Source of the DNA: an archaeon
GTDB taxonomy: Archaea > SpSt-1190 > DYHY01
NCBI GenBank assembly: GCA_043803745.1
Contig: JAZDJS010000026.1
Coordinates: forward strand, 5,025 to 69,024
DNA: 64,000 nucleotides
Direction: 5' to 3'
Positions 43,601 through 50,384 of this stretch are shown here, piece after piece. The notes beneath the pieces were generated by a model. The model was not told the origin of the DNA and searched no databases. It worked only from the letters and a program-made list of their open reading frames with translations. Position 1 is the first letter of the stretch. Each line of letters begins with the position of its first letter. Made by a program: the position numbers and the translations under genes.

Positions 43601-44988
43601 ATCCGGCGAACCAGACGATTTCCCAGATTTACAGCGGCCAGTACGGGGAAGCGAACTTCACCGTAATGGGCTCGCCTACAACGCTTGGAACCGAAACCCT
43701 TACGGCGAGGATTCACTCCGGTCTTGACGCGAACTCCGGATGGCCAGCGACAATCTCGGTTGCGACGGCAAGCACGGCGGTTGTCATCGTAGACCTGACG
43801 GCGCCCTTCGTAATCCAGGGAACAAGCCCGCTCAGCAACTACAACTACTCTTCCCCGACAGTCCAATTCGACACTTTCGCTTTCGACAACTTCCGCTTGA
43901 ACTACACTGCCGTCTACGGCAACTGGTCCGGCGGCTGGGGCGCGAAATCTCTGAACTCGACCCCGCTCAACAACACCTGGTGGAACCAGACAATCGCGAT
44001 TTCTGATGGAATCTATCTCTGGGGTCTCTTTGCAAATGACACCTCGGGCAACTGGAACCTGACTGCCAACAGAACCTTCACAGTCGACACTGTCGCACCT
44101 TCTTCAGTAATTTCAGCTCCAGTGAACACAACCAACACGACAGATTCAACCCCGACAATCACAGGAACCGCCTCTGACGCGACCTCCGGAGTGAGAAGGG
44201 TCTGGCTCAGCTCAGACGGTTCGACCTGGAACCTTGCGACGGGAACGACCGCCTGGACCTACACTTTCGGCACCCTGTCAGAAGGAATCCACGTTATCGA
44301 ATCAAAAGCTGAAGACTGGGCAGGGAACAACCAGTCAGCCTTCGGAGAAGTCTACATAACAATCGACACGGTTGCGCCCTTCGTAATCCAGGGAACCAAC
44401 CCGCTTGACACCTTCAACTCCTCTTTAGCATCGGTTACTTTCGATCTCATGGGAATTGACAATCTCTTCCTGCATTCGCTTGCCGTCTACGGCAACTGGT
44501 CCGGCGGCTGGGGCGCGAAATCTCTGAACTCGACCCCGCTCAACAACACCTGGTGGAACTCGACTCTTTCCCTCCCCGACGGCTACTTTGTCTGGGGCGC
44601 ATATGCGAACGATTCCTCCGGAAACGGCAACTTTTCCTCAGCCAACAGGACGCTTTTGGTTGACACGACCGCGCCTTCGTATGGCGCCTCGCTCGGCCAG
44701 AACACGACTGAGATAAACGTTTCCCTCGGCGAGGTTGCGCTCCTGTACTCGTACTGGTCTGATGCGCTTGCCGGACTTGCCGGCTCAATCCTCTCAACGA
44801 ACGAGACCGGCGCGTTCGCAAACTACACGTCAATTGCCCTTTCCGGAAGCGGAGCCTGGTCCAACTTCACCTGGACGAACACGACAGCTCTTGCGAATGG
44901 CACGGCTGTCGCCTGGAGAATCTGGGCGAACGACACCCTAGGGAACTGGAACTTGACAACTGAAACGATAATAACAGTGATAACTTAA
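37672..44988 (+). CDS. giant secreted cell-surface protein (2438 aa) with DUF11/CARDB-like N-terminal domains, seven Cys-pair repeat modules and duplicated C-terminal Ig/PKD-like domains
   Basis: A signal peptide, the same C-x-[WY]GCP repeat module (FWGCPAVSG, EWGCPVSAG, YWYCPANAS, EWGCPSPAG, SYFCPLVPP and others), a CARDB-like N-terminus (NVSFTLVVSNTGSELIENVSISMNP), and two near-identical ~190-aa C-terminal segments each containing AVYGNWSGGWGAKSLNSTPLNNTWWN. There is no C-terminal TM anchor. Confidence 0.75.
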   Translation: MANGRGKLAAASITLLYLALSLAFSIPVFTADLSPNAVSTGQNVSFTLVVSNTGSELIENVSISMNPLNSEGKITSADCDASRFSGSIITGTNLNLLICLRQGSSGISTGQSATIRFNFSAAPLSKPIPNPVTISIYAYNTTQESDFRTDGVEFENAASLSTTLSSPLPSRIIAGQTGIFANFTVINNGDATASTVTPAASIGAPYGSITPTVIPAPQNILGGGSRTFEARFDLPSGAASSSLTLNFNATGTDVNSLLNTTTQASSTATVYLQPNLQIYSITPNITFASANPGYRTVRLSVLAGVLGSAATISEANITGFSLKIVSGSGVDESSSYTSPLRTDSVVSIAAGTNATLTFELSINNPGEGQKYANVSLNYNDGIAGISPNQTALNNGTIFAVDNTNPTINIVSATSDSGAGFFRQGETITVSSTVTDALSGIGSPSCSVSIGGISAGTLSFTSNSCNGTVQIPQDSSIYGSEILSISTSDAVGNLGTGTLTVQIYTLAVNTTDILTGADIKDGSDLSNATVYATNSSGGQTFSCTPLYGTKTHLCGVPLGTVVNISATSPAYVRSNNTTDSSRICVGTGTLSSCAGALPSGGFAQITISLTPNTKITVLNEFNRTILYGNVTVGDSAATPWYKSFMDGGAYDHNTTINGIIVAPIDTGKHTSPFQVRFNLDASMNPGYLAATNSNYVPSQENQTNLTITARFTIFVRLFTEFGAPLNTTTGTVSFSHSSGTFPCIQNPANYSEYGCLVPTLTENPGLSSGGNITITKPGYVTKRIQGAVPPANPSAAQVQASELLQFDLAVRVTDEFGLANLTTSEVSRVSLISSNCTYGSGGFWGCPAVSGDEIGITVEPLSSSGYLVKTSQIIPFVDYVQSSVVIPLKYSLKIFARDELGNYLNATNISEIKFLFGSGVSCTRNGNTSEWGCPVSAGTAAAPVHVNASSSSGRLNYVIAAQAIPANTSESQLVNYSANNFTIRVLPASEMGTELPLSGLYVSWGGQNACIQSGSYWYCPANASIATNVSSGAVGFINYLNSSVNSPALSGSQLLVTTANKYSILVNTLDEFGTPRNFSSGRVSFGSVSCVSSAGRPYEWGCPSPAGTLSQANVSHPGYINFTSPASYTAPEQTAAQVVINSANKFTLRANIYDELGQELPSAQVSSGSVDCYLIGGQPVNSYFCPLVPPQASLTISKTGFVSSTVQISSLNYTEQQVITINSSSTSPKYSAVLTIRRSPSSNDETEMTSATFFNLTNSASIPYSQRVQNRYYFALAEGSASLIIRHQSTYVDRAYNFTTSSVAQHVGEPVLDYPLKAIVIAEDGAGIEGATLALNVSGTFIESNTISEYYSSLANGAYSVYASKVGFVTSSPQAFSINTTYPANQTTVQVSLKYTLKVVSNDWGGAPLNGTTISVTGQSILTNPESLNTAYFPVNPATSPVVNVTVSKTGYNTVAFVSVPISASSQNVTTTSHAQNIIAQVQNWAGSPLSDAVLRLHSNGAEVADCVTTASGTCTFVSTNGISTTGNFNSSEMPPGASVSFSAEKPDYWNARSGNYTYAAQNSSPPQSLGALRIGIPPKVLVVKGWNTSLPVDDAAVVLNAGSTQISSNSTDSGGYAIFLPNYSAASSGSDFFISGAEASSGANLSAQGSKTGYSGNITSFSFSPDTNSTIVLVLSDSVPPQLELNLSGRDGTAFVGFENFNVSLFSDELYPQDSSGVNYSGSSYRISWANGTIARGSASLSSCSGYWCNLTEINGWDLPVGSLYVVVNVTDGQGNWNSTNISFVSAPGLNETFVTIEKSTASSAGDDFFLVTWGLVVKGTQGKLRASNLYPVNCSSSCAEFPIQGWANLVYTDVASCYGTARYSVVKNTFPAGQTPATFCDYDFSTQYAREQNVSLKIIVPTGLANARYNASYYWTALQQDLPRANVSVSSVTSSNSSPETGTNFTVTVRVYDDANGGTADDILVSLNSTIGSVVYPANQTISQIYSGQYGEANFTVMGSPTTLGTETLTARIHSGLDANSGWPATISVATASTAVVIVDLTAPFVIQGTSPLSNYNYSSPTVQFDTFAFDNFRLNYTAVYGNWSGGWGAKSLNSTPLNNTWWNQTIAISDGIYLWGLFANDTSGNWNLTANRTFTVDTVAPSSVISAPVNTTNTTDSTPTITGTASDATSGVRRVWLSSDGSTWNLATGTTAWTYTFGTLSEGIHVIESKAEDWAGNNQSAFGEVYITIDTVAPFVIQGTNPLDTFNSSLASVTFDLMGIDNLFLHSLAVYGNWSGGWGAKSLNSTPLNNTWWNSTLSLPDGYFVWGAYANDSSGNGNFSSANRTLLVDTTAPSYGASLGQNTTEINVSLGEVALLYSYWSDALAGLAGSILSTNETGAFANYTSIALSGSGAWSNFTWTNTTALANGTAVAWRIWANDTLGNWNLTTETIITVIT
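43908..44559. repeat. intragenic direct duplication: 78-nt perfect repeat (43908-43987 and 44482-44559) within a ~575-nt tandemly duplicated domain
   Basis: The exact string gccgtctacggcaactggtccggcggctggggcgcgaaatctctgaactcgaccccgctcaacaacacctggtggaac occurs twice. The flanking protein segments (TAPFVIQGT.PL...VDT.AP) are also duplicated with divergence. Confidence 0.85.
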
Positions 44989-45004
44989 AAAGGAAAGGAG
45001 AAAA

Positions 45005-46714
45005 ATGGAAAAGAGGGAAATGGGGATTAAGATTGCCGCGGCAGGGATTCTTGCAATTCTCCTGCTTGTTGCGCTCCCCCTCGTCCTCGCGGACACGCCC
45101 TTCCCGGGATATTTCGAGGTGATTCCCTCCTGCCTTTCGACTCTCACCTGCGGTCAGGGACCGAACATAACAGTCAATGGAACGGGGATAGTCAACCTCC
45201 TTGCCGCTCCAGCCAACGGCGCTGCCGACGGGCTTGTCACCGGAGTTCCAGTCAACGTGACCTGGGAAACCACGACGGACGGCTCAAGCCCTTACCCGAT
45301 GAATTCCTCAGTCTGGAGAGCCAACTCATCAGGACATTTCCTTCTCGGGAGCAACGCAACTGTTTCTGCAAGCCACAGGGTGCAGATAGGGCCCTTCGAA
45401 TATTCCGAGGCATACTGCCCCTCGGCAGGCTGCGAGATTCGCCTCGTCGTTTCCAGCTGCAACGCAACGAGCGGAATGTGCATAAACTCCTCGGCTGACA
45501 ACTCAACATTCTCAATTGTCGTAGCGCCGTCCCTCTACAATTTCTCCTACCTGCCGGCAAGCCCGAAGACAGGGGATCTCGTAACGCTCAGCTGGAACAC
45601 ATATTCGGCAATGAACCATTCGGCGACCTGGACCGGCGGTTCCGCGGCAAACGCAAGCTATCTGACGGGGCATTCCGTCCAGGCAGGCTATTTCAACTAT
45701 TCCGAAAATCCGGTCTTCTCAATCAGGTCCTGCTCCTCGGGAAGCCAGTGCGAGCTGAAGAACCAGCAGGTCAACATAAGCCTAAGCACTGCCGGACTTG
45801 CCCTCTCGTCAACTTCGCCGAGCACGGCAATCACCGCAAGCTGGACAACCCACAACTCATCGAACGGCACACTCTTCTTCTCGGTTAACGGAGGCGCAGT
45901 GCAGAACTCAACCGACGGCAGCTTTTCAACGGGCCATTCGGCAGCTTTGGGAAGCTTCGCAGCAGGGGATTCCATAACCTACTATGCCCGGAGCTGCCTC
46001 CTTCCGAACAACTGCGAGACAACCGCGAACGCGACAGCGACAATCTCGGCAACTTTGACGACAACAATCCCGCCAGCAACTACGACAGTTTCCACCGGCG
46101 GAGGGGGAAGCGGCGGATTCTTCGGGGGGACGGTCACGACAATACCCGCAGTTGCAATTCCCGCGGGCTCAGAATACGCCTATAGGGCCCTCCCTGCCGG
46201 GCTTCCGGCAAGCTTCGCAGTCAACGGCACGTCCCAGGCAATAATCCTCGTCACTTTCACGCACAGCCAATATGTTCCCAACGCGACAATCGTTCTTCAG
46301 CGGGTGCTTTCATTCTCCGGAACACGCCCCCCGGGAGCCGTTTACCAGTATGTCAACCTCACCCACTATTACGTCGACGAGTCGAAATTGGTTCTCCCCG
46401 TCAAGATAGAATTCAGAGTGTCCAAGCAATGGGTCGCTGACAGCAACATTGACCGCGCGACAATTTCCCTCTACCGGCTGTCCGGAGGAAGCTGGCAGGC
46501 TCTCGAAACGGTCCATTCGGGGGAAGACGCCCAATACTACTACTTCAAGTCGAATTCTCCGGGGCTTTCCCTTTTCGCAATAACCGGGCTTTCAAGGACC
46601 GCTTTCTGGGATCTCATAAACCTAATCGAGGTCTATTACGCGGGAGACCCCTCGGTGGACTTTTGGAAGGTCCTTGATGCCCTGACCGCATATTACTCTT
46701 CGGGAGGAAACTGA
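45005..46714 (+). CDS. secreted S/T-rich protein with C-terminal PGF-pre-PGF-like domain (no PGF-CTERM)
   Basis: A signal peptide (AAAGILAILLLVALPLVLA) and sequon-rich repeats. The C-terminal block VKIEFRVSKQWVADSNIDRATISLYRLSGGSWQALETVHSGEDAQYYYFKSNSPGLSLFAITG matches the PGF-pre-PGF domain pattern, but it is followed by a hydrophilic tail rather than a PGF-CTERM anchor. Confidence 0.55.
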   Translation: MEKREMGIKIAAAGILAILLLVALPLVLADTPFPGYFEVIPSCLSTLTCGQGPNITVNGTGIVNLLAAPANGAADGLVTGVPVNVTWETTTDGSSPYPMNSSVWRANSSGHFLLGSNATVSASHRVQIGPFEYSEAYCPSAGCEIRLVVSSCNATSGMCINSSADNSTFSIVVAPSLYNFSYLPASPKTGDLVTLSWNTYSAMNHSATWTGGSAANASYLTGHSVQAGYFNYSENPVFSIRSCSSGSQCELKNQQVNISLSTAGLALSSTSPSTAITASWTTHNSSNGTLFFSVNGGAVQNSTDGSFSTGHSAALGSFAAGDSITYYARSCLLPNNCETTANATATISATLTTTIPPATTTVSTGGGGSGGFFGGTVTTIPAVAIPAGSEYAYRALPAGLPASFAVNGTSQAIILVTFTHSQYVPNATIVLQRVLSFSGTRPPGAVYQYVNLTHYYVDESKLVLPVKIEFRVSKQWVADSNIDRATISLYRLSGGSWQALETVHSGEDAQYYYFKSNSPGLSLFAITGLSRTAFWDLINLIEVYYAGDPSVDFWKVLDALTAYYSSGGN

Positions 46715-46715
46715 A

Positions 46716-47753
46716 ATGAAGATGAGAAAACGACATGCAAGCTACCAGCATCTTGCCGCGGCAATCATTTTCCTTCTTGCGCTGGTGGTCGGTGTCGCAT
46801 CCGCAGCAACGAGCGTTTCCTTCGAATTCACAGGTCCCGATGGGATCCTTCCCGGAAAAACCGGCGCCTACCGCGCGACAATCTCGCCAAACGAGGCAGT
46901 TTCGGGATTCGACTTGGCGGTCCTTGTGCCTTCCGGATGGAGCATAGATTCCTGGTCCGCTTCCGGATATTCCCGCAGCGCAATAACGCTCGACACGCGA
47001 AGCAGGTCCTACAGGGGGTTGCCTTATACGGCATACCACTGGAAATTCGCGAACGCCCTTTCCGCCGGGGAGAACATTTCATTCTCGTTGAACGTCAAAG
47101 TTCCGGAAACCGAAGCTATTGGGACCCGGAAGGAAATCTCCGCAATCTGGACCAACCCGAGCGGATTCGGCACAGAGAACAGGAACGTCAGCATCGCAAG
47201 CGCCTCAATTCTGTGCGGCGACGGCGCCTGCTCGTCAGGGGAAACTTGTTCAACCTGCCCGAAGGACTGCGGAGTCTGCTGGACGCCAGTATGCGGCGAC
47301 GGCGCCTGCTCCCCCGGAGAAGTCTCCTGCCAGGCCGACTGCGGGAATGGAAACACTCCGGTTAACACACCGACGACGGCAGGAAACTCAGGAAGCATCT
47401 TCGGAACCTTCGAAGGCAGCAGGAATTATCTGCTCTACGGAGGCTTGATTGTCCTTGTGCTTGCCCTGATAATGGTCGCGATATATGTTGTCAGGAAGGT
47501 TTCCGGGAGGCCGCGGGCGTTGGAACCGAGCCAGCCAATCCCCCTCGAGGAATACAATCGCGCCCAGGAGGCGGGCTCGCCCCTGCGCGACCAGGTTTCC
47601 GGGCGCTTTGACGTAAGACCGGTGAACCGGCAGCTTGAGAGGGCAACCGTCACGCCAAGGGAAATCGACACGACCGAGAAGAAAATCGTCCTTCTGAAAA
47701 AGGCAATGATGCGGATAAACAAGGTAATGGACGACCTTGGGAAAAACCTTTGA
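46716..47753 (+). CDS. type I membrane protein with Ig-like ectodomain and duplicated Cys-rich CGDGACS motifs
   Basis: A signal peptide, a beta-rich domain, two copies of CGDGACS.GE..C..DCG, a single TM (LLYGGLIVLVLALIMVAIYVV) and a cytoplasmic tail. The start is 2 nt after the previous gene. Confidence 0.5.
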   Translation: MKMRKRHASYQHLAAAIIFLLALVVGVASAATSVSFEFTGPDGILPGKTGAYRATISPNEAVSGFDLAVLVPSGWSIDSWSASGYSRSAITLDTRSRSYRGLPYTAYHWKFANALSAGENISFSLNVKVPETEAIGTRKEISAIWTNPSGFGTENRNVSIASASILCGDGACSSGETCSTCPKDCGVCWTPVCGDGACSPGEVSCQADCGNGNTPVNTPTTAGNSGSIFGTFEGSRNYLLYGGLIVLVLALIMVAIYVVRKVSGRPRALEPSQPIPLEEYNRAQEAGSPLRDQVSGRFDVRPVNRQLERATVTPREIDTTEKKIVLLKKAMMRINKVMDDLGKNL

Positions 47754-47779
47754 GGCGGAAAACCGATATTTATCGGCTA

Positions 47780-47795
47780 CTAAAAACTTATAAAG
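47780..47795 (+). promoter_or_regulatory. BRE/TATA-like promoter (AAAACTTATAAAGGG) upstream of tfb
   Basis: An A/T box ~40-50 nt upstream of the TFB ORF. It is preceded by a short palindrome (CCGATATTTATCGG) that could act as a terminator-like hairpin for the upstream gene. Confidence 0.4.
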
Positions 47796-47835
47796 GGGAA
47801 AATGTCGGATATTAAAACTTTTTGGTGGCTGAAAA

Positions 47836-48765
47836 ATGGCTCTTTTGGAAAAGGACATGGAAGGGGTTCTGCAATGCCCCGAGTGCGGAAGCAAGAAGAT
47901 TTTCAAGGACAAAAGCCGCGGGGAGATAGTTTGCGCAGCCTGCGGCCTCGTCATCGAGGACGATATGGTGGACTTTTCGCAGGAATGGCGCGAGTTCGAC
48001 TCCGGGGACTCCGACAAGAAGAGACGTAGCGGGGCCCCGATTTCCCTCGCGCGCCACGACAAGGGGATCTCGACGGAAATAGGCCTGGGATATGCGGACA
48101 TATTCCGCCTTCCCGCAAGCAAGAGGCCGAAATTCTTCCGGCTGAAGAAATGGCAGCAGCGGATCTCGACCGCGACCGAGCGCAACCTGAAGTACGCGCT
48201 TGCGGAACTGAAAAGGTACACCTCATTCCTCAACCTGCCGCATTCGGTCGAGGAGACAATCGCCCTCCTTTACAGGAAAGCCGTCGCAAAGGAGCTTGTG
48301 AGGGGAAGAAGCATGGAATCCGTTATTGCCGGGGCGCTTTACGCCGCATGCAGAGAACATGGAACGCCGAGGACTCTTGACGAAATCTCCGAGGTTTCGC
48401 ACGTCCCGAAGAGGGAAATAGGGCGGACCTACCGCTTTCTAGCAAGGCAGGTCGGGCTCCGGATTCTCCCGACGGACCCTGCCGACTACATCCCGAGATT
48501 CGCGTCCCAGCTCAACCTTTCGGGGAGCGTCGTGACAAAGGCGCTTGAGATACTCAAGCAGTCGAAGGAGAAGGAGCTGACAAGCGGACGTGGCCCGACG
48601 GGAGTTGCGGCGGCGGTGCTTTACATTGCTGCGCAGGTTGTCGGGGAAAAACGAACCCAGAGGCAGGTCGCCGATGTTGCGGGAGTAACCGAGGTCACGA
48701 TACGGAACCGGTACAAGGAGCTTGTGAAGGAGCTGAACCTCACGAACCTCCAGATTGAAGAGTGA
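47836..48765 (+). CDS. tfb: transcription initiation factor IIB (TFB)
   Basis: An N-terminal zinc ribbon (CPECGS...CAACG), a B-finger/linker and two cyclin-like repeats (GRS..SVIAGALYAACR..., GRGPTGVAAAVLYIAAQ). Confidence 0.9.
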   Translation: MALLEKDMEGVLQCPECGSKKIFKDKSRGEIVCAACGLVIEDDMVDFSQEWREFDSGDSDKKRRSGAPISLARHDKGISTEIGLGYADIFRLPASKRPKFFRLKKWQQRISTATERNLKYALAELKRYTSFLNLPHSVEETIALLYRKAVAKELVRGRSMESVIAGALYAACREHGTPRTLDEISEVSHVPKREIGRTYRFLARQVGLRILPTDPADYIPRFASQLNLSGSVVTKALEILKQSKEKELTSGRGPTGVAAAVLYIAAQVVGEKRTQRQVADVAGVTEVTIRNRYKELVKELNLTNLQIEE

Positions 48766-48775
48766 AAAGAGCGCA

Positions 48776-49855
48776 TCAAACAATTTCGAGTATTTTCCGC
48801 AAGGGCGCATCAGTCCTGAATCCATTCTCCGAGAAGTGGGTCCTTTCCGCCGAAAAGCCAGCCCCTCTCAGGGCGCCCAAAAGAACCTCAAGCTTCCCGG
48901 GAGCGGTGTGCTTGAAGCTGCAGAGGGCGTGATGCTCGTAGTGGAACGCGGGAAGCGAAGCTTCCTTCGAAATCCGTTCGAGGAGCGCCTTGCAAGCTCC
49001 AAAGCCCCTTTTGTCAGCTTCGGCAAGAGCCGCTTTGCAAAGGCTCCCGTCAAAAAGCCCGCCGATGTAAAGGGGCCCGATTTCCTTGATTCGCGAGCTT
49101 CCGCTGTCGCAAATGCACTGGGCCTTCCCGGTCGATGAGCGGAATCCGCAGGAGGGGCACCAAAAAAGGCTCCCAATGTTTTCAAGGGCGGAATCAGAGC
49201 GCTTCGATCCCTTTTCCTTTCCGAAGTAAATCCGATAGTAATGGTTAGAGGAATGGCAGATGCGCGGAGTCAGCGCAACTTCGTATTTCGCAGCCATCCG
49301 GACGGCATATCCGGCGAGAATCCTTATGCCGACCTCATGGTAGAAGTCAGTCTTCACAACCCTTGCAAGATACTTGCGCCAGGTGACGCGCGGGTAGACT
49401 CCGCAAAGGGCTGCCGGGTCTGTCGCGGTTATTGCGAGGACGCTCCCGGCTGCGCGGGCAGCAAGATCCACAAAGGGGACCGGGGAACCGAACGGGTCAA
49501 TGTCAACCGCATCCCAGCCGAAACCCTCCGCCATAAGCGAGTTCGCGTTCCGGCTTGCAACCGAAACCTTAGATGCAACCCGGTTTTCCCGCGCGTTTTT
49601 CTTGATCAGCCCGCAGGCAACCTTGCTTATGTCCCCGCACGTCACGGGTATGCCGATTTCCCGGGCAATCCGAACGCCCCGCGCGCCCGTTGCGGCGAGA
49701 GGATCGCAAACCGAGCGCACACCCATGGCCGAATAGACCGCAACCGAGAAATCCCTTGAAAGCTCCTGCACCGGATTGTAGAAGACCGCGCCTTCCTCGG
49801 GTCGTTCCACTTTCGGAATCACAAGCTTGGTTTTACCCTCGACTATCTTTTTCAA
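48776..49855 (-). CDS. trm1: tRNA (guanine26-N2)-dimethyltransferase Trm1
   Basis: N-terminus EGKTKLVIPKVERPEEGAVFYNPVQELSRDFSVAV plus the SAM-binding and C-terminal Trm1 domains, with four Cys (CPSCG...CICDSG). Confidence 0.8.
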   Translation of the reverse strand: MKKIVEGKTKLVIPKVERPEEGAVFYNPVQELSRDFSVAVYSAMGVRSVCDPLAATGARGVRIAREIGIPVTCGDISKVACGLIKKNARENRVASKVSVASRNANSLMAEGFGWDAVDIDPFGSPVPFVDLAARAAGSVLAITATDPAALCGVYPRVTWRKYLARVVKTDFYHEVGIRILAGYAVRMAAKYEVALTPRICHSSNHYYRIYFGKEKGSKRSDSALENIGSLFWCPSCGFRSSTGKAQCICDSGSSRIKEIGPLYIGGLFDGSLCKAALAEADKRGFGACKALLERISKEASLPAFHYEHHALCSFKHTAPGKLEVLLGALRGAGFSAERTHFSENGFRTDAPLRKILEIV

Positions 49856-50318
49856 TTATCTCCGAAACCTCCCGTTCGACAAGATGTTTCCATTGCCCGC
49901 GCCCCGCGCGAATCCGCCTTCTTATTTCCGTCCCCGAATAGAGTCTTTTCTTAAGGAACTTGTGCCCCTCCGCTGCGAAGCCGGCTCTTGAGAAAGTCGA
50001 GAGAACCCAGGTGTTGCCGGAAACGACAATGTCGAACGGGCGGGCCCGCTCCAGGACCGCCGCAAGCCAATCGGCATCCCGCCCGGTGTCGGGAACCGGG
50101 AAGGTCCTGAAGCGCGCGAGCTTCTTCCTCCTGAGCACCCTTTCAATCATCCTTTTTCGCTCTCGCCAGGAAAACGGATTTTCCCCGCCAGCCCTGGCGT
50201 TGCTCGAACCGATCGCAATTTCAAGGCGGTTCCGGCCCCCATTGGAAAGTCTTTCCAGCAGGAAAAAATGTCCCTTGTGGAACGGCTGGAACCGGCCTAT
50301 CACCAGGATGACTGACAT
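49833..50318 (-). CDS. nadM: nicotinamide-nucleotide adenylyltransferase (archaeal NMNAT)
   Basis: MSVILVIGRFQPFHKGHFFLLE carries the HxGH nucleotidyltransferase motif. The ~160-aa length is typical, and ISGNTWV matches the second motif. Confidence 0.75.
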   Translation of the reverse strand: MSVILVIGRFQPFHKGHFFLLERLSNGGRNRLEIAIGSSNARAGGENPFSWRERKRMIERVLRRKKLARFRTFPVPDTGRDADWLAAVLERARPFDIVVSGNTWVLSTFSRAGFAAEGHKFLKKRLYSGTEIRRRIRAGRGQWKHLVEREVSEIIEKDSRG

Positions 50319-50347
50319 TTGACCTAAGCTTCGGAGGTGTCTTTATA

Positions 50348-50360
50348 AAAAGAGTTTTTA
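50348..50360 (+). promoter_or_regulatory. TATA-like box (CTTTATAAAAAG) ~25-30 nt upstream of ABCE1 start
   Basis: An A/T box in a GC-rich intergenic spacer at the archaeal promoter distance. Confidence 0.4.
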
Positions 50361-50384
50361 TGCAAAACCTCGGGCGCCCTTAAG

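Noticed and set aside
45005-46714. PGF-CTERM/archaeosortase sorting signal at the C-terminus of the PGF-pre-PGF protein
   Set aside because: The C-terminal 45 residues are hydrophilic, with no PGF tripeptide followed by a TM helix and basic tail.
47388-48233. 281-aa minus-strand ORF overlapping tfb
   Set aside because: It is antisense to TFB, which has a zinc ribbon and cyclin folds. It has no recognisable features.
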